The position numbers and the translations under genes are program-made. This document shows, in pieces, positions 1 to 12,227 of a DNA stretch of 64,000 bases. How positions within the stretch are numbered: the stretch's first letter is position 1; every line of letters starts with the position of its first letter. The stretch comes from Nemertoderma westbladi. Lineage: Eukaryota; Animalia; Xenacoelomorpha. The notes beneath the pieces were generated by a model. The model made no database searches and had not been told where the DNA came from. It saw nothing but the letters and a program-made list of their open reading frames with translations. The stretch covers positions 1 to 64,000 of the forward strand of contig JAUCBJ010000011.1 of the NCBI GenBank assembly GCA_032718475.1. The letters are read 5' to 3'.

Positions 1-323
1 CCAGAAAAACCCATAATAGCGTCACTCTACTCTAAAGTACATTATAATGCAACCAACGTTATTTGGAAGCAAAAACTAATAATCTAAATTATTAAATAAA
101 TACTAACTCAAATGCTCTTAAACTATAACACAACGAATAAATTATACTCCAAGACTCGGGAGCAGAAACTAAATTGTTATGAGAAGAATAATAATCAATT
201 TATGAATGAATAAATTTCAAAACGATTATTATTAAGGATGAGGAAGAATTAAGGAATGCACCAAAATATGTGATAAATTTAAATCGTTTAATTTAAATTT
301 ACTTGTAAATCCTGGCCGATGCA

Positions 324-1727
324 TTATAACTTACTACTGGCTTCGACTAACTCTATGTCGCTAATCCCATCCCGTCCGAGGCGTCTGTCCTCGTCTTCCT
401 CACTGGTTGTCGTCGTTACCGTATACGTCCTACCGACCTCGAATTTAATCCGCTCCTCCGCGACTGCGGTCCCCTCGATAGCGCGACGGACTTCCTTCAA
501 CGAAACAACGCCGACCAGTCGACCGATGGACGTTACGTACGCGAGTTTAAGTCCGAGCAACGAGAACAACGAGTGGACCTTGTGGAGCGAGGTTCGTTCC
601 ACGAGTTGGAAGGGAGCGGGATCGATGTGGCAGGTCGCGAAGTCGATCTGCAGGCCGAGTTGGCACTCCTCCCAATCGGCGATCTCCCCGGGGGACATCC
701 GGTCCCCGGGGTGCGAAGATCCCGCGAGCTTCCGACTCTCAGACAGATTGGGTCCGGAGCCGAACAGCGACTGCAGATGTCCCTTAATCCCGCGACTCAC
801 CGACTTGGGGTCGCCCTGCGGAGGTTCGGCTTCCGGGAAGGCAACCGGAGGCATGGAGTGGCGGTAGGACGCCGACGGGTCCCCGGCGTCGTTTAGGATT
901 AAACCGGCGGTGTAGGAGGCGCGGTTGCTGGAGGGGGAACCCTTCCGAGTGGCGGAGTGTCCCCGGGAGGGAGAGGTGATCCCGTCTAGGTCGCCGCCCC
1001 CCGTCGCCTCCAGATGGTGCGCCAACGCCAACCGATGGTGCGTCACGCTGGCCAGACGTCGTTCACGACTCAATCGATCCTCGAGGAGGGCGTAGAGACC
1101 GGCGCGCGGGATCGAGCCGAGGAGAACCATCGATTCCGGGGCGTCGACCAAGGGGAACGACGCCAACCTCGACTTCTCGAGAAGTCGTTTCAACTCTCTG
1201 TATGTCGATAGGAAAGTAATGAAGCGAATTTCTCTAATCATAATATCCTCAACATATATATTGTACAGCTGACTCTTATGGGTGATAATATCTGGGAGAT
1301 ACGGGAGTTTCTTTATCTGTATGATCGAGTCGTATATGGAAGGTTGTAGCGACTGAGCGATAACGTTGCTGATTAGTACCGCTATCATTACCGGGAGGAT
1401 GTGCGATATCTGCCCGGTTAGTTCGAACACGATCACGCTCGTGGATATTGTGTGCGTGACGCTCCCGCTGAGTGCCGCCGCACCTACCACACTGTAACCA
1501 CCGGGGTTTATTGCGAGATTGTTCCCGTATATACCGTACGGGAACAACTTGGCCATACACTCGCCACACAGACGGCCGAAAGCGGCGCCGATGATGAACA
1601 CCGGTATGAAACAGCCGCTGGGTACCGGTAGGGTAACGGCCACTGCCGTCATCCAAAACTTCATAATAATGAAGAGCGCAAGAGAGATGAAAACCCCGGT
1701 CGTGGGATGTTTCCAATGGGAGACGAC
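324..1727 (-). CDS. CLCN2: ClC-2-type chloride channel, coding exon 2 (C-terminal TM helices and two CBS domains)
   Basis: Acceptor ttttctctaccAG|GTC at 1728/1727 is in frame with the 446-aa ORF. Motifs: GCFIP, VTHTIS, SIYDSII, CBS1 (FPLVD), CBS2 (IDPAPFQLVERTSLHKVHSLF). Spliced protein is about 871 aa. Confidence 0.93.
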   Translation of the reverse strand, partial: VVSHWKHPTTGVFISLALFIIMKFWMTAVAVTLPVPSGCFIPVFIIGAAFGRLCGECMAKLFPYGIYGNNLAINPGGYSVVGAAALSGSVTHTISTSVIVFELTGQISHILPVMIAVLISNVIAQSLQPSIYDSIIQIKKLPYLPDIITHKSQLYNIYVEDIMIREIRFITFLSTYRELKRLLEKSRLASFPLVDAPESMVLLGSIPRAGLYALLEDRLSRERRLASVTHHRLALAHHLEATGGGDLDGITSPSRGHSATRKGSPSSNRASYTAGLILNDAGDPSASYRHSMPPVAFPEAEPPQGDPKSVSRGIKGHLQSLFGSGPNLSESRKLAGSSHPGDRMSPGEIADWEECQLGLQIDFATCHIDPAPFQLVERTSLHKVHSLFSLLGLKLAYVTSIGRLVGVVSLKEVRRAIEGTAVAEERIKFEVGRTYTVTTTTSEEDEDRRLGRDGISDIELVEASSKL

Positions 1728-2517
1728 CTGGTAGAGAAAATAAACAGTAAACGGGTTTATATTGAGGGGCTGCTGTTATGAAATCAAATGACATAAAATA
1801 TACCAATAGCAGCATCTCTATAGGCCTCCACTCTACAGACATAAAAAATGAGCTGGGTTGGGGATTCAATAGACGAAAAAGCAGACGGCAAAATAAATAA
1901 ATATAGTACGAGCTCTTTTTGGAGGAAAATTACCTCTAGTACTAGTACATGATAGTAAATGTGGGAATTTAATACTCCGGTTACAATTACTCTGTGTTAT
2001 TCGCGTTACATCGCGTTATTGGGGTTGTATCACCATTCCATTCCCCAATGTATGTAACCCCCTTTATAAATAATCACACCATGCCCTCCACTGGCCACCT
2101 TAAAATGACAAGACCTAAACACCATTCAGTGACATCAATATAAAAGATACATTAATTCTTAACAAAGTCCTGCGTTGTTTTGGTCGTATCGTAGGTTAAA
2201 GAACCGGTAGGATGATAAATTCTTATGAATAAAACATAATAATTTATATAATAATACATAAACTACGTCGGCTGAATGCGCCCAATCTCAACCGGATGGA
2301 TCTTACATTCAACCCGTGTGGGGATTAGGCCTACTGTGTGAGACTCGGGTGCGATAAAGTAGTCAATCAAAAGTTAGAGGAAATAATGATATTGAATAAG
2401 AACAGAGCGAGCAATGATTCACTAGATATCGAGACAGAAACGACTTAACCAAAACAATAAAGTAAATAAACACCCGGGATTCCCATCGGGATCCAACTAA
2501 AACAACTCGTAACGAAC
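1728..2517 (-). other. 790-bp GT-AG intron of the ClC gene
   Basis: Canonical donor, polypyrimidine acceptor, AT-rich; removal restores a continuous frame (EEQK|VVSHWKHP). Confidence 0.88.
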
Positions 2518-3729
2518 CTTCTGTTCCTCGACATTAACGTGGTCGTCGGTGCTCCAGGTAAGGTTGGAGAAGAGTTCGTTAATCGTCTCCTTCTGCGTCA
2601 GCTGTCCCGCCATGAACTGTCCCAACCACGGCGGGAAGGTGAGCGTCGCGAACACCAGCGCAACCAACGCGGGGTAGATGAACCGGTTCTTCTGCAGGAA
2701 CGTGTTGATTCGATGGTGTCGACGGTGTAGATCGACGATCTTGCGGTGTAGGAAGACGAAGAGCGCCCCGGCGAACCCGCAAACAACGCCGATTAGCGCG
2801 AACGCGATACACTCGATAACATCGTAGGGAAATTCCAACTGAAAGTTCGTTTTAAACAGCGCCGTTAGAGTTTCTTCCTGGTTAATCAGAACGCCAAGAA
2901 TTCGGAATACGAAAGCGCCACAAACCGCGGAAAAGAATCCGCGCCAGTAGTTGCGAACGGCGAAGTAAGTCGCGGTTACCTCGATAGAGAAGAGCACGCC
3001 GCCTATCGGTGCGGCGAAATTACAAGCAACACCGACGGCGCAAGCCGCCGCTAACATCTCCACGTTGCGAGACTCGTTCGTGTAAATCCCCTTAAAGGAT
3101 ATGAACATTTTGCTTAGAAGCGTGGCGACTATGCTGGCCACGTGTACGAAGGGGCCTTCCTTGCCGAGGGGCAACCCCGAACCCAAGGAAGTCGTCAACC
3201 CGAACATCTTGGAGACCAGCGTCCGGAAGGAGAGGTACTCCTTGAGGACGACGCCTCGCATTATCGTCTTCATCTCGGGTATCCCGGATCCGATCGCGTT
3301 GGGGCCGACCACGTGAACGAACCCGGAAGAGAACAGGATGAGAATCGTCGGGAAAGAAATCCAAGCGACGTACTGAAGGATCATCGAGTTTCGTAACTCT
3401 TGATGCAACCAGGTGTGGGTCATCTGGAACTTAGCGATAACATAGTCCATTGCGAAGGAAAGCAGTGCCATGCAGATACCCAAGACGAGAAGGAATATCC
3501 AGTCCTCGCCAACCTTACTGAAGAACCAATCTCGGAACCGTTGCATCCGGGACAGACAGTCACGGCAGCACTGACTGCGTGGTGTCGGCGGTTTCTCCTG
3601 GTGCACTGTGTTCGCTCTGATACGCACCGAAGCGTCTTTCGCCATGCCGCCCAACTCCTTTGTGTAACAGCCGTACATGAGTGTCTGCTCGTAGCCGAGC
3701 TGACTGTTTTGGTCTTTGTCTTCCGCCAT
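2518..3729 (-). CDS. CLCN2: ClC-2-type voltage-gated chloride channel, coding exon 1 (404 codons)
   Basis: ClC signature motifs GSGIPE and GKEGP and a ClC-1/2-like N-terminus ([10 protein letters not shown]). The exon ends at AAG|GTTCGT (phase-0 donor, GT at 2517-2516). Confidence 0.93.
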
Positions 3730-4344
3730 TGTGTTGCGGATGCTGCGAAACCGCTAGGCTATACACAGCTGGTCGGAGTTGGAAATTTAACTGTTTTTCT
3801 ATATTATATAGGTCTATGGCTGTATGGAGAGCAGGAGAGGCACTAAAATTAAAAGTCACGTCACAGCGCCAAGAGAAATATATAGGCCTAGGCCTATATC
3901 AGTATATATTAAATTAACCGACTGTATATTGATAGATATGGCCTACTGGCCTAATAACCCTAATAAATCTGCCGAGCAGTTAGTATAGTACAGTAGGCCT
4001 AGTATAGTCAGATAGTACATAATCTAAAGGAGGGTCCCCTATTCACTATTCTGCTATTATTAATCGGTACCGGTAATAATAACCTAATAACCTAGTAATA
4101 ATAACCTAGTACAGTAGTAATAAGCTGCTGTCGGCTGTCAGCAGGTAGGCCTATAGAATTCCTTTTAATGACTTTTTATGGTATACCGGTACTGTAAGAG
4201 TTGGATCATCCTAAATATACTTTATAATTTTATTACTTGGACTGGAATTTCAACTAATTCGTAAATCGGTGATCCCGATCCGTCAAGATATATATATATA
4301 TTATATGATAGGCCTATAAAAGAAGAATATAGACCACGAAAAAA

Positions 4345-5150
4345 ATGAGCAACCCAGGAAGATCATCAACAGGGAATAACGGAAAGACCAGCCAAAAGAA
4401 GTTTGTACAAACTACAGTAGTGTAGAATGTACATTCTGCACATCAACCTGGACTGATATTCAGTTACCTGAAGAGATGGCGCGTAAAAAAACCATTGTAT
4501 CTAAGAAATTTGCCAGTGGATTCTGCGCTGCTGAGCACTTATCCCGCTTGTCAGTGATGGAGGAAGAAAATCTACAGTTGCAGCAGGAACTGGAAGCAAT
4601 GAAAAAACATAAGCGTAGACTTAGATGGTGAAGATAAGCTAGTTGCTAGTAAGGAATTATCAGATATGCGTTGCGAGATCGAAGAACGTTTCAACGACGT
4701 TGAGGCTTCCCAAGCCGGGCTTCATACAAAGATTGATAATAGTGGGACTTCTCCCATTGCAGTAGATCAAGATGAGAGTTCGTCTACCTGGGTGGAAGTG
4801 GTGCGCCAAAATACCAAAAAGCTAGAAGACCTAAATAAAAAAATGGATGTTCGAACCCAACAGAAACCTCAAATCGCTATTGAGAGAGCTATATGATTAC
4901 ATGATCAACGCAAATGCAACGTTGTGATTAAACATATCCCTGGAGATAACGCAACTAACGAGTCTGCCAAACAACGATCTCTGGATGCAAAGTTCCTAGA
5001 GGACTCACTTGGAGAAAAAATAGAATGCCGCGGGATCCCGAGGCTTGGAAAACCACGAGATGATAATTCTGCTCGAATAATATTGCTCTCATATCAGCAT
5101 ATGACTCCCCCATTGAAGCAAATAAAATGCTAGCACGTCGCAACTTCACA
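4345..5150 (+). pseudogene. Decayed non-LTR retrotransposon ORF1-like remnant (CR1/L2 group)
   Basis: Broken frames read ECTFC...GFC, a coiled coil, TWVEVVR, and RKCNVVIKHIPG...RLGKPRDDNSARIILL. This matches the architecture of ORF1 at 58660-59859 (RKDNIVVSG...KRVGK). Confidence 0.6.
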
Positions 5151-5307
5151 GTGGATGGAACCTGTAAGCGGATTCAATTCCGCCTTACTACCCACCATAA
5201 AATGGGATAGTGGCATTTTAAGCAATATGTTGGAGATACGCGATTAGCAATATCAATCTCGTAACACAACCAACATTTTTTTTTGGGGGGGGGGGGGGGG
5301 GGGGTGG

Positions 5308-5852
5308 TGCAACGCAACACAAGCCCCGAAGCAAGCCACACACAAATGAAGGTTAGAGGTCAAACCACCTCGGAGGGGACACAGCTAGCAGAGGCTAGCA
5401 ACAGAGGGGAAACACTCCCAGAGAGTGGAAGGGTGAGAAGTAGGTTATTAGCCAATAAGGTCAAAGGAGAGCATCCATTAGGTAGCAGGCCAAGGTAGCG
5501 TAGGAGTGAAGTAATATTGGTATATCAATCTTATATTTATCTCCTGCTACCGGTTTGTGATTCAGTTTAGTTAGTTTCCCAGTTTCAGTGCAGACGGGTA
5601 ATGTTTTACCATCACCTTCAACAACATTGGCTGTATTTTAATCTATTACATGTACCAAGCAATATTGTCATCCGCTATCATATTAACATCATATTAACTG
5701 TGCTATCGCTATTATATTAGACCGCCAAGGAACAACGTTAACTCTGAACGCTTTTCTCCAACAGCCTCGGCCAAGCAATCAGTGACACCACCCCAGCCTG
5801 CGGTGACGCGTACGAAACAACCTACCCGGTCGGGATCTCTGATCCCGTCACA
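5308..5852 (+). repeat. Possible LTR of an older retroelement (no partner copy in window)
   Basis: Starts TGCAACG just after a G-run and ends CGTCACA (imperfect TG..CA inverted ends). Followed by a GC-rich leader and a gag-like ORF. Confidence 0.3.
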
Positions 5853-6239
5853 GTAAAACAATGGCCAACTGCCATCGAACTGTGACTGTTAAAAGTAAAC
5901 AGATGAGCCAAGGAGAACCCCGATTATCAGAGGGAGAGAGGACGCCGCCGTGGATCCCGGACGATACCAACCAAACGATCCGTGAGGCCGCAACGCGACG
6001 GTATTGACCTGCGACACCGGATTCGCCGACGAGGGACGATCCGGTACCCCAAGCGGAGGGCGGCTGTCAAGCACGAGGGAGGGACGAGTCGACGCACGAC
6101 GGCGGTCGGAGTACCGAAGTCGCCGGCCAGCCACAGGCCGAGGGCGATGGACGGCACACCGGAACGGCGACGGTGGGGCCGCCGGTACGACGCCAAACAA
6201 GGAGAGGAGGAGGAGATGTCGGCGAAGAGGATGTCGGGA

Positions 6240-7178
6240 TGAGTGATTGGCTACAACGGGCCTACAACGCCACAAAGAAACTACTAAAGGAGGCCAGAGA
6301 GGGAGGAAAGGTAGACCAGCCTAAGTTACACCAAAGGCTAGGTGAGTCTAACAAACATTTTCGATACTTAGTCCGTTTTGGACAGGGAGAACTGGCGAGT
6401 GAGAGAGCGAGGGGGGTCGCCACCGAACTATTCGAACTGTGGCGATCCGGGGTTATGGAGCCTGAAGTAGTGTACGTAGGGCCATATTTAGTGGATGCTA
6501 GGGGAATTAAGTTAGTGGGTTGGGCGGACCCGCACGAGGGCGAACCCGAGGTTAACCCCGAGGATTCGGTCTCGTCGGTTAGCGAGAACCCCAGAAAGCG
6601 GGGAAAGTTAGTAGGACAGAGAGGCAAAGGGAGTCCATCGCGACCGATAAGTCCGCTACATCCTCCACGAAAGCAAGAAGGGTGTTAGAGATAGATCTGG
6701 CATGTCAATTGGACATGGTGGCGCTAGACCAGAAAGAATTAGAGAGGCAGTTGGATAAGGGAACTGCGTTGTTAGAGAAAGAGGGAGAGTTAGCGAGGGA
6801 ATGTAGAGAGGGGGCCGAGAGGGTGGCGAGAAACTCTAGGGAGCGGGAGGAGGGAAAGATAAACGAACGTAAAGAGCGAGAAGCAAAAGAGGCAGCGAGG
6901 GCAGAGAGAGAAATGAACGAGTGTAGGGAGCGGGAGGCGAGATAAATAGAATTAGCGAATCAAAGTTTACGAGAGGATAGAGAGAGAGAGAGAGCGGGAA
7001 ATAGGGGCTAAGGGGGCTTATGCAATATCAGGCTAAGCAAAAGCGCCGATTAGAACTGGCGCAGTTGGGACTATCAGAGAGTGAGGCTGGCTCGGGTAGC
7101 ATTTACGAGGATGAGCCAGAAGTAATGGAAACGTTCGTTAATACCCCACTTACAGGTACTGGATGACAGAGCCAGGAC
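6240..7178 (+). pseudogene. 5' part of a decayed retroelement-like gene (coiled coil), cut by the BEL insertion
   Basis: MSDWLQ...EVNPEDSVSSVS, then an E/R-rich coiled coil across frameshifts and stops; ends at the AGGAC TSD. Confidence 0.6.
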
Positions 7179-8356
7179 TGTTCGCGCTTTTAGACCTTTA
7201 GCAGTTTAACCTGCCAAATTTGGATGTCTTCTAGATAATAAATCGTCTTTAGCCTATGACAAGTATTTGATACACTGCATTAGCCGAAGCCAGTCTATGC
7301 GCGACCATTCACCCGCTGGATATACCCGGGAGACTGGATTCGGAAGCCTAACCGTATTGCGGTGTAGGCCTACTGTATTATTCGACTGATCTTAATATAT
7401 AATCTCTGACAAATATTATTCACTTTCGGGAAATATTAACAGTTCCTTTAGGACGTGGCGCTCTAAATATGTAAACAGAGTTATGACTTAAACTAGACAC
7501 AACGGGAAGGCTATAGATTCACGTATATGGCGCATTCTTTAGGAGATGCTTTGTTATCAGTCACAATCATACACAATACTGCACAATGCTGCACACCGAT
7601 CTGCCGACCTTCACTAATTTTAGTCACATATAAAGAGAACAACAACCAATACATGTAGTGCCTATGAAATAGCATTAGATTCACTTCAAAACCACTTTAA
7701 TGTAAGTCGCAATCGTTATATGTAACCGGTCTCTCTTACCTTCAGTATATCAAGAAGATTGAGGGTTTGTAATTATTTATCGGTATTCCAAATATAATAA
7801 TATTCCATCAACAGATATAATGAATAACCGACAGTAAATAGCAGTAAAAATGTGGTGTTTGTAGTTGAAAATATGATTAGGTGAGTGAGTTGTGAGATGT
7901 GATAACAGATATACGTTCTATAATTAAGCCTACTAATGTTGGGCTAAAGACTGAAAACACAGAGATTCCAAAAGCCGGTCTTCTAGGCTCAGGACGAAAT
8001 GTAAACATTGACCCATAATGCATTGCGCGATTTCCCGGAGGTTTCTGTACAAAAAGCAGGAGAATCGCTCTGATTGGTTGACCAAACAAAGAAACACCAG
8101 AGAACAAGGAAAAAGCTACACGTGTACTGCTCAGCTGTTAGCTGTCATCATAGTAACTACACTGTTTCAAGAGGATCTAGCGCATTGCGTCATAGAATTG
8201 CTAATTATGTCCGCTAAAGTACACATACAGAAGAAATGGCTTTCTACATCCCCTAAAACACCAGTACAGTAAGGATACGGCTTTTTATGCCTATTAAACC
8301 AACTACAGAGTACTTTACGGGGAAAATAACAGGCTAATTCCGCAAAAGCTTTTACA
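7179..8356 (-). repeat. 3' LTR of the BEL element
   Basis: Direct repeat of 22681-23858 with about 16 substitutions counted by eye; preceded on the minus strand by the PPT-like GGGAGCGG (8364-8357). Confidence 0.96.
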
Positions 8357-8434
8357 CCGCTCCCAGAAAATGGGATTTAAGTCTATAAAATATAAAAAAT
8401 TACAGTTTCTAAAATATAAAAATACTCTAAACAG

Positions 8435-10210
8435 TTAGTCTTTCTTACGCGGACGGCGTTTACGCAGTTTTTTGAGGCTAGCAAGAGTCCTTTTCTCGTT
8501 GGGGCGAGCCACTTTACTAGGAGGGCTGTAACTCCTGGGTGAAGGGTGCAATACAATTGCATCAGAAGGTTTAGGATTACGATCGGTGTATCCGCCGGTC
8601 GAGGTACCTGGTTGATCGATATTAACTTCAGTGGAGCGAGGTCTAACGGCCTTTAGGGCGCGTCTTAGGACAGCAGCTCCTACGGGTCCTTGATGGGTCG
8701 TCTGGACAATAGCGGTAGGTGGACCGTGAGTGGTGAGAAACTTCCTCGGTTTAATGGTTCTTTCCAGCTCGCATTCTCGGGCTCGATATTCGTAGGGCCG
8801 TCGAGATACTTCTTGTAACTCAGGGTGCGAGTTGATAAATAAATGAATGGATGAAATGAATGAATGGATGAAATTGATCAAATGGTATGAAGTAATATCG
8901 TTAGGATTGACGTTCCTGAGATATTTTCGAACAAATTTGGTGGAAATACACTCACCAACACGCTTCATTAGTTCGTAACTCGGTGTGCGTGTTTTTTGTT
9001 CAACAGACGCGAATAAATAAGGATGGAACGCGTAAACTCCCTCGTAAGAGCGTCCAGGGTAATAGCGATGGCGGGACTTACAATGTAAATCTGCGTTCGC
9101 TTCCCAAGCTCGGATGTAGCGCAGGGTAATCATCTCATCTACGCTTTCTAAATCGCGGTTAAAGGGGCAATTATAACTGGCATGTCCTTTAAGTTGACAG
9201 TGGTGGCATTGAGTCATAAATTGGGGGCAGACTGCAAAAATGTGCGAGTTATTAAGTCTGCAATACGCACAATAGATCTCCATCATCGGTTGTTCGTGGA
9301 AATAGGAGCAGGGTACGTCTGAGTCCATAGGTGTGAAATGGTCTCTCGATGCGCATAATCGACAACGTTTTCGAGAAACATATTTGGCGTGTCGATAATC
9401 GTATGCGGTGAGACATTGTGGACCTTGATACCACTCCAAGACGTAATCGTTATCGCTGCTCCGGGGCGCTGTAGGCTGAATCGCCTCAGATTCTAAGCAT
9501 ATTGGTTCGTCTTCCAATTGCATAGCTGAGGTAGGTGCGGCTGTCTCCGCAAGCGGACCCACTGTCTGAACTTCCACGACAGAATAACCCGTGGGTATTC
9601 GGGGTCTTTGTATAACAGATGAATGTAAGTTCTGTATACAAACGTCCTGGAAAAGGGCAAATCCCGCGCTGTTTAGTTTCTCCGCAGCTGAGTCTCTTAG
9701 GCTGAGTTTGGTCAGAGTGCGGTCCTTGAACTGACTATCAACGTTACGGAACGGAGTCAGAAAGCGCCTGAAACATTCGAAGCGGATGAATTTATTGTGT
9801 TCATCTAACTTTGCGAGTTTGGTTCCAAGTATTAAGGGATGGGCGCGTATGGTACGACTGCACACATCGGCTAGCCAACCGGCAAGTGCTGCGTTTTCAA
9901 AGATCGTGTATATAGCTAAGGAGGGACGAAGTGGAACACTCATAAAGCTATACACGGCGCCAGGTGCGGTCAATGGTCCATCAAAGTATAAACGAGAATA
10001 ATGATCTCCATATACTTGTTGGTAATTGATAGGATTTCCAACCTTGAAATTCCATCCGTATTCTTGAAAGGCAAGATGTCCGATGGAGGTTCGTTGTACT
10101 TTAGTAATGCCGCTGGGTGTATTGGCATACATAGTGCGGAAGAAACCTCGGCCTTCTGCCCAGGGAGCAATCAGCTGAGTATCAACGAAAGGGTATGGAA
10201 TGTTCTCCAT
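8435..10210 (-). CDS. BEL accessory ORF: 591-aa protein with three CCHC zinc motifs and a basic C-terminus
   Basis: Long uninterrupted ORF between pol and the 3' LTR. Motifs Cx2Cx4Hx9C, Cx2Cx5Hx4C, Cx2Cx4Hx4C; ends KKLRKRRPRKKD; no evident signal peptide or TM segment. Confidence 0.8.
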   Translation of the reverse strand: MENIPYPFVDTQLIAPWAEGRGFFRTMYANTPSGITKVQRTSIGHLAFQEYGWNFKVGNPINYQQVYGDHYSRLYFDGPLTAPGAVYSFMSVPLRPSLAIYTIFENAALAGWLADVCSRTIRAHPLILGTKLAKLDEHNKFIRFECFRRFLTPFRNVDSQFKDRTLTKLSLRDSAAEKLNSAGFALFQDVCIQNLHSSVIQRPRIPTGYSVVEVQTVGPLAETAAPTSAMQLEDEPICLESEAIQPTAPRSSDNDYVLEWYQGPQCLTAYDYRHAKYVSRKRCRLCASRDHFTPMDSDVPCSYFHEQPMMEIYCAYCRLNNSHIFAVCPQFMTQCHHCQLKGHASYNCPFNRDLESVDEMITLRYIRAWEANADLHCKSRHRYYPGRSYEGVYAFHPYLFASVEQKTRTPSYELMKRVGECISTKFVRKYLRNVNPNDITSYHLINFIHSFISSIHLFINSHPELQEVSRRPYEYRARECELERTIKPRKFLTTHGPPTAIVQTTHQGPVGAAVLRRALKAVRPRSTEVNIDQPGTSTGGYTDRNPKPSDAIVLHPSPRSYSPPSKVARPNEKRTLASLKKLRKRRPRKKD

Positions 10211-11027
10211 ATTCCCGTCGTATGCCTAATATGTCTTCCATTGATGGTAGAGGTAGAGAGCAGGGGAAGACCTATGTCGTATTCAGAAATATTCAGAAAT
10301 ACGATCTCAGTTCTCAGTAGGAGGATTCAAACGTTCGAAGACTATCTCCAAATGAATTTATCCCCAGTGATTAGGGGGTGAACAACCAGATTTATGACAC
10401 ATAATGGTACCAGTTGTTCACAGACTATCCACGTGTCCTTTTAGTCCTTGAATCACGGTTGTGGACTTAAGGAAATTATTGGTGGTTGATTATCTAATCA
10501 ACGACAAGAGGGTGGAAGTTGATATCATAAATATCAACAGAATGTGACATGGATAGGAGGTGCGGACACCAATATGAGCATCCAGATTAATAGTAAGGGA
10601 TGGGAGGTTTATTAAGAGGCAGTATGATCAATACCACGATACGGCAATGATCGGTCGATCGTCTCCTAAAGCTCCGAGCGCGTTGGGAAGAGAAGGTGGG
10701 ATGAAGTATGTTGTATTTTCAATAGCGATGTATAGAGGGATAAGGGTATTGAAGAGGAGGGAGGATATATGGTAGTATCCATAAGATACCACAATGGACA
10801 TGTTTTCCGTCACGTCATCATTCATTCTTGCCTTTTAATTGTGACACTGATCACAATAATTACAGGAAAACGTTGAAGGAAGAGAAAATTACAGCCTCCC
10901 GAAGGAGACTGCCCGCGAGCACCCGTGCCCCGGGGAAAACTATTCACATTATGGACCCTGGACATTAACCCATGTCTCTTCTCCAGTGGTTCTCCTCTAT
11001 TTGTCTTTTCAAGCCTTCTTCCACGTT

Positions 11028-11405
11028 CTATCTTTCGAGTTGATTTCGAATAGAATTCTCGTATTCTATTCTCGGTTTATCGTGCCGACTCCGCTGGGTA
11101 TGATATTTAAATAAAACCATTTCCCTTTCGGTGTCTACATCGTCCGTATCGTGTAAATCTATAGGATGGCCAGTAGTTAAGAAGTCCATATACGTACCAT
11201 TACGATGCGTATAGCGAGCGGTGAACTTTCTATAATCCAATTCACGCGTAAGTTGCTCCGGGGACGTTGGCGGTTCGATATAACGACCATCATCCTCCGT
11301 AGTAGTGGGACCAGCGTCGCCGCGTATCAAGCTATCGACAAACGCTTGTAAAGGTAGAGTATATCGCTCCCTGATACCAAGATCATCTTCTATCAACTCA
11401 GTCAT
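11028..11405 (-). CDS. Small BEL accessory ORF (125 aa), unknown function
   Basis: ATG-initiated with coding-like composition; N-terminus resembles the frameshift-corrected start of the 591-aa ORF. Confidence 0.5.
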   Translation of the reverse strand: MTELIEDDLGIRERYTLPLQAFVDSLIRGDAGPTTTEDDGRYIEPPTSPEQLTRELDYRKFTARYTHRNGTYMDFLTTGHPIDLHDTDDVDTEREMVLFKYHTQRSRHDKPRIEYENSIRNQLER

Positions 11406-12227
11406 ATCTGCTATATGAGTTTATCAATATTATAATGAGTTTATATATTAGGCTAGCGGGCGTCGCTGCCTACCCCTCTTTTGCCCCCGGACAGTGCCAG
11501 ATCCTCAGCGCCGATGTACCGTCGTCGCTGTGCTTTCGCCAACGATGTAGCTACACAACGACAACGATAACCGGCACAAGTCACTCCACTGTCCGTCCCA
11601 AAGGCTTAGATGTACTTCAGGTTCTTTCTGGAGAGTTAGGTCTACTTTCACAATTGCGACTCGCTACTGTAAACACACTTTAGCAGTAACATTCACCTAT
11701 AAATGCACAAATTCAACACAACTGTCACAAACTGTACACATTCGGGCCATTTGTCCGTTAGTCAGTGCCTTCCAGAATGTCACTTTATTTATTATGTATC
11801 CTTGGATACTAGCAGTGCGCTATTTATTCCCTATGCTATTCAATGGGGCAAGCTTTCTATTGTTCTTTTAACTCACTTCTAATTCTAGCGTGGTTGTTGC
11901 CATGGTGACATTATGGAAAGCTAGTGGTAGAATTAGGGTAATTCTCATGCATACAGATCTGGGATGCTATTTAATAGTAATTCTTTAATGGTCAATATCC
12001 TCTCTATACATGATTTTATGAATTTTATCGGCTATTGACTATATATTGGAGATTCTCGCACACTAATACACTTAATAGAGTGAATCTCTGCTCCCATGAT
12101 CTATTAATTAAAGGAATTTTGGGAATATTATAAATTGTATAAAAATGACAATTTATTAAATTCATTAAAAATATGAATTTAAATTTATTCCCGTAAATTT
12201 TATTATTCAATATTAAATAGACACAAT

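Noticed and set aside
319-3917. Overlapping alternative-frame and antisense ORFs over the ClC gene
   Set aside because: Expected shadows of GC-rich coding sequence.
7877-8272. Short ORFs duplicated at 23379-23774
   Set aside because: They lie in the LTRs; the duplication reflects LTR identity.
8435-10210. Env gene interpretation of the accessory ORF
   Set aside because: No signal peptide or TM anchor evident; cysteines form CCHC motifs and the C-terminus is basic.
10440-11750. Further tiny minus-strand ORFs in the BEL accessory region (10628-10825 and ~11510-11750)
   Set aside because: Short, stop-interrupted and without recognisable motifs; cannot be supported without a family consensus.
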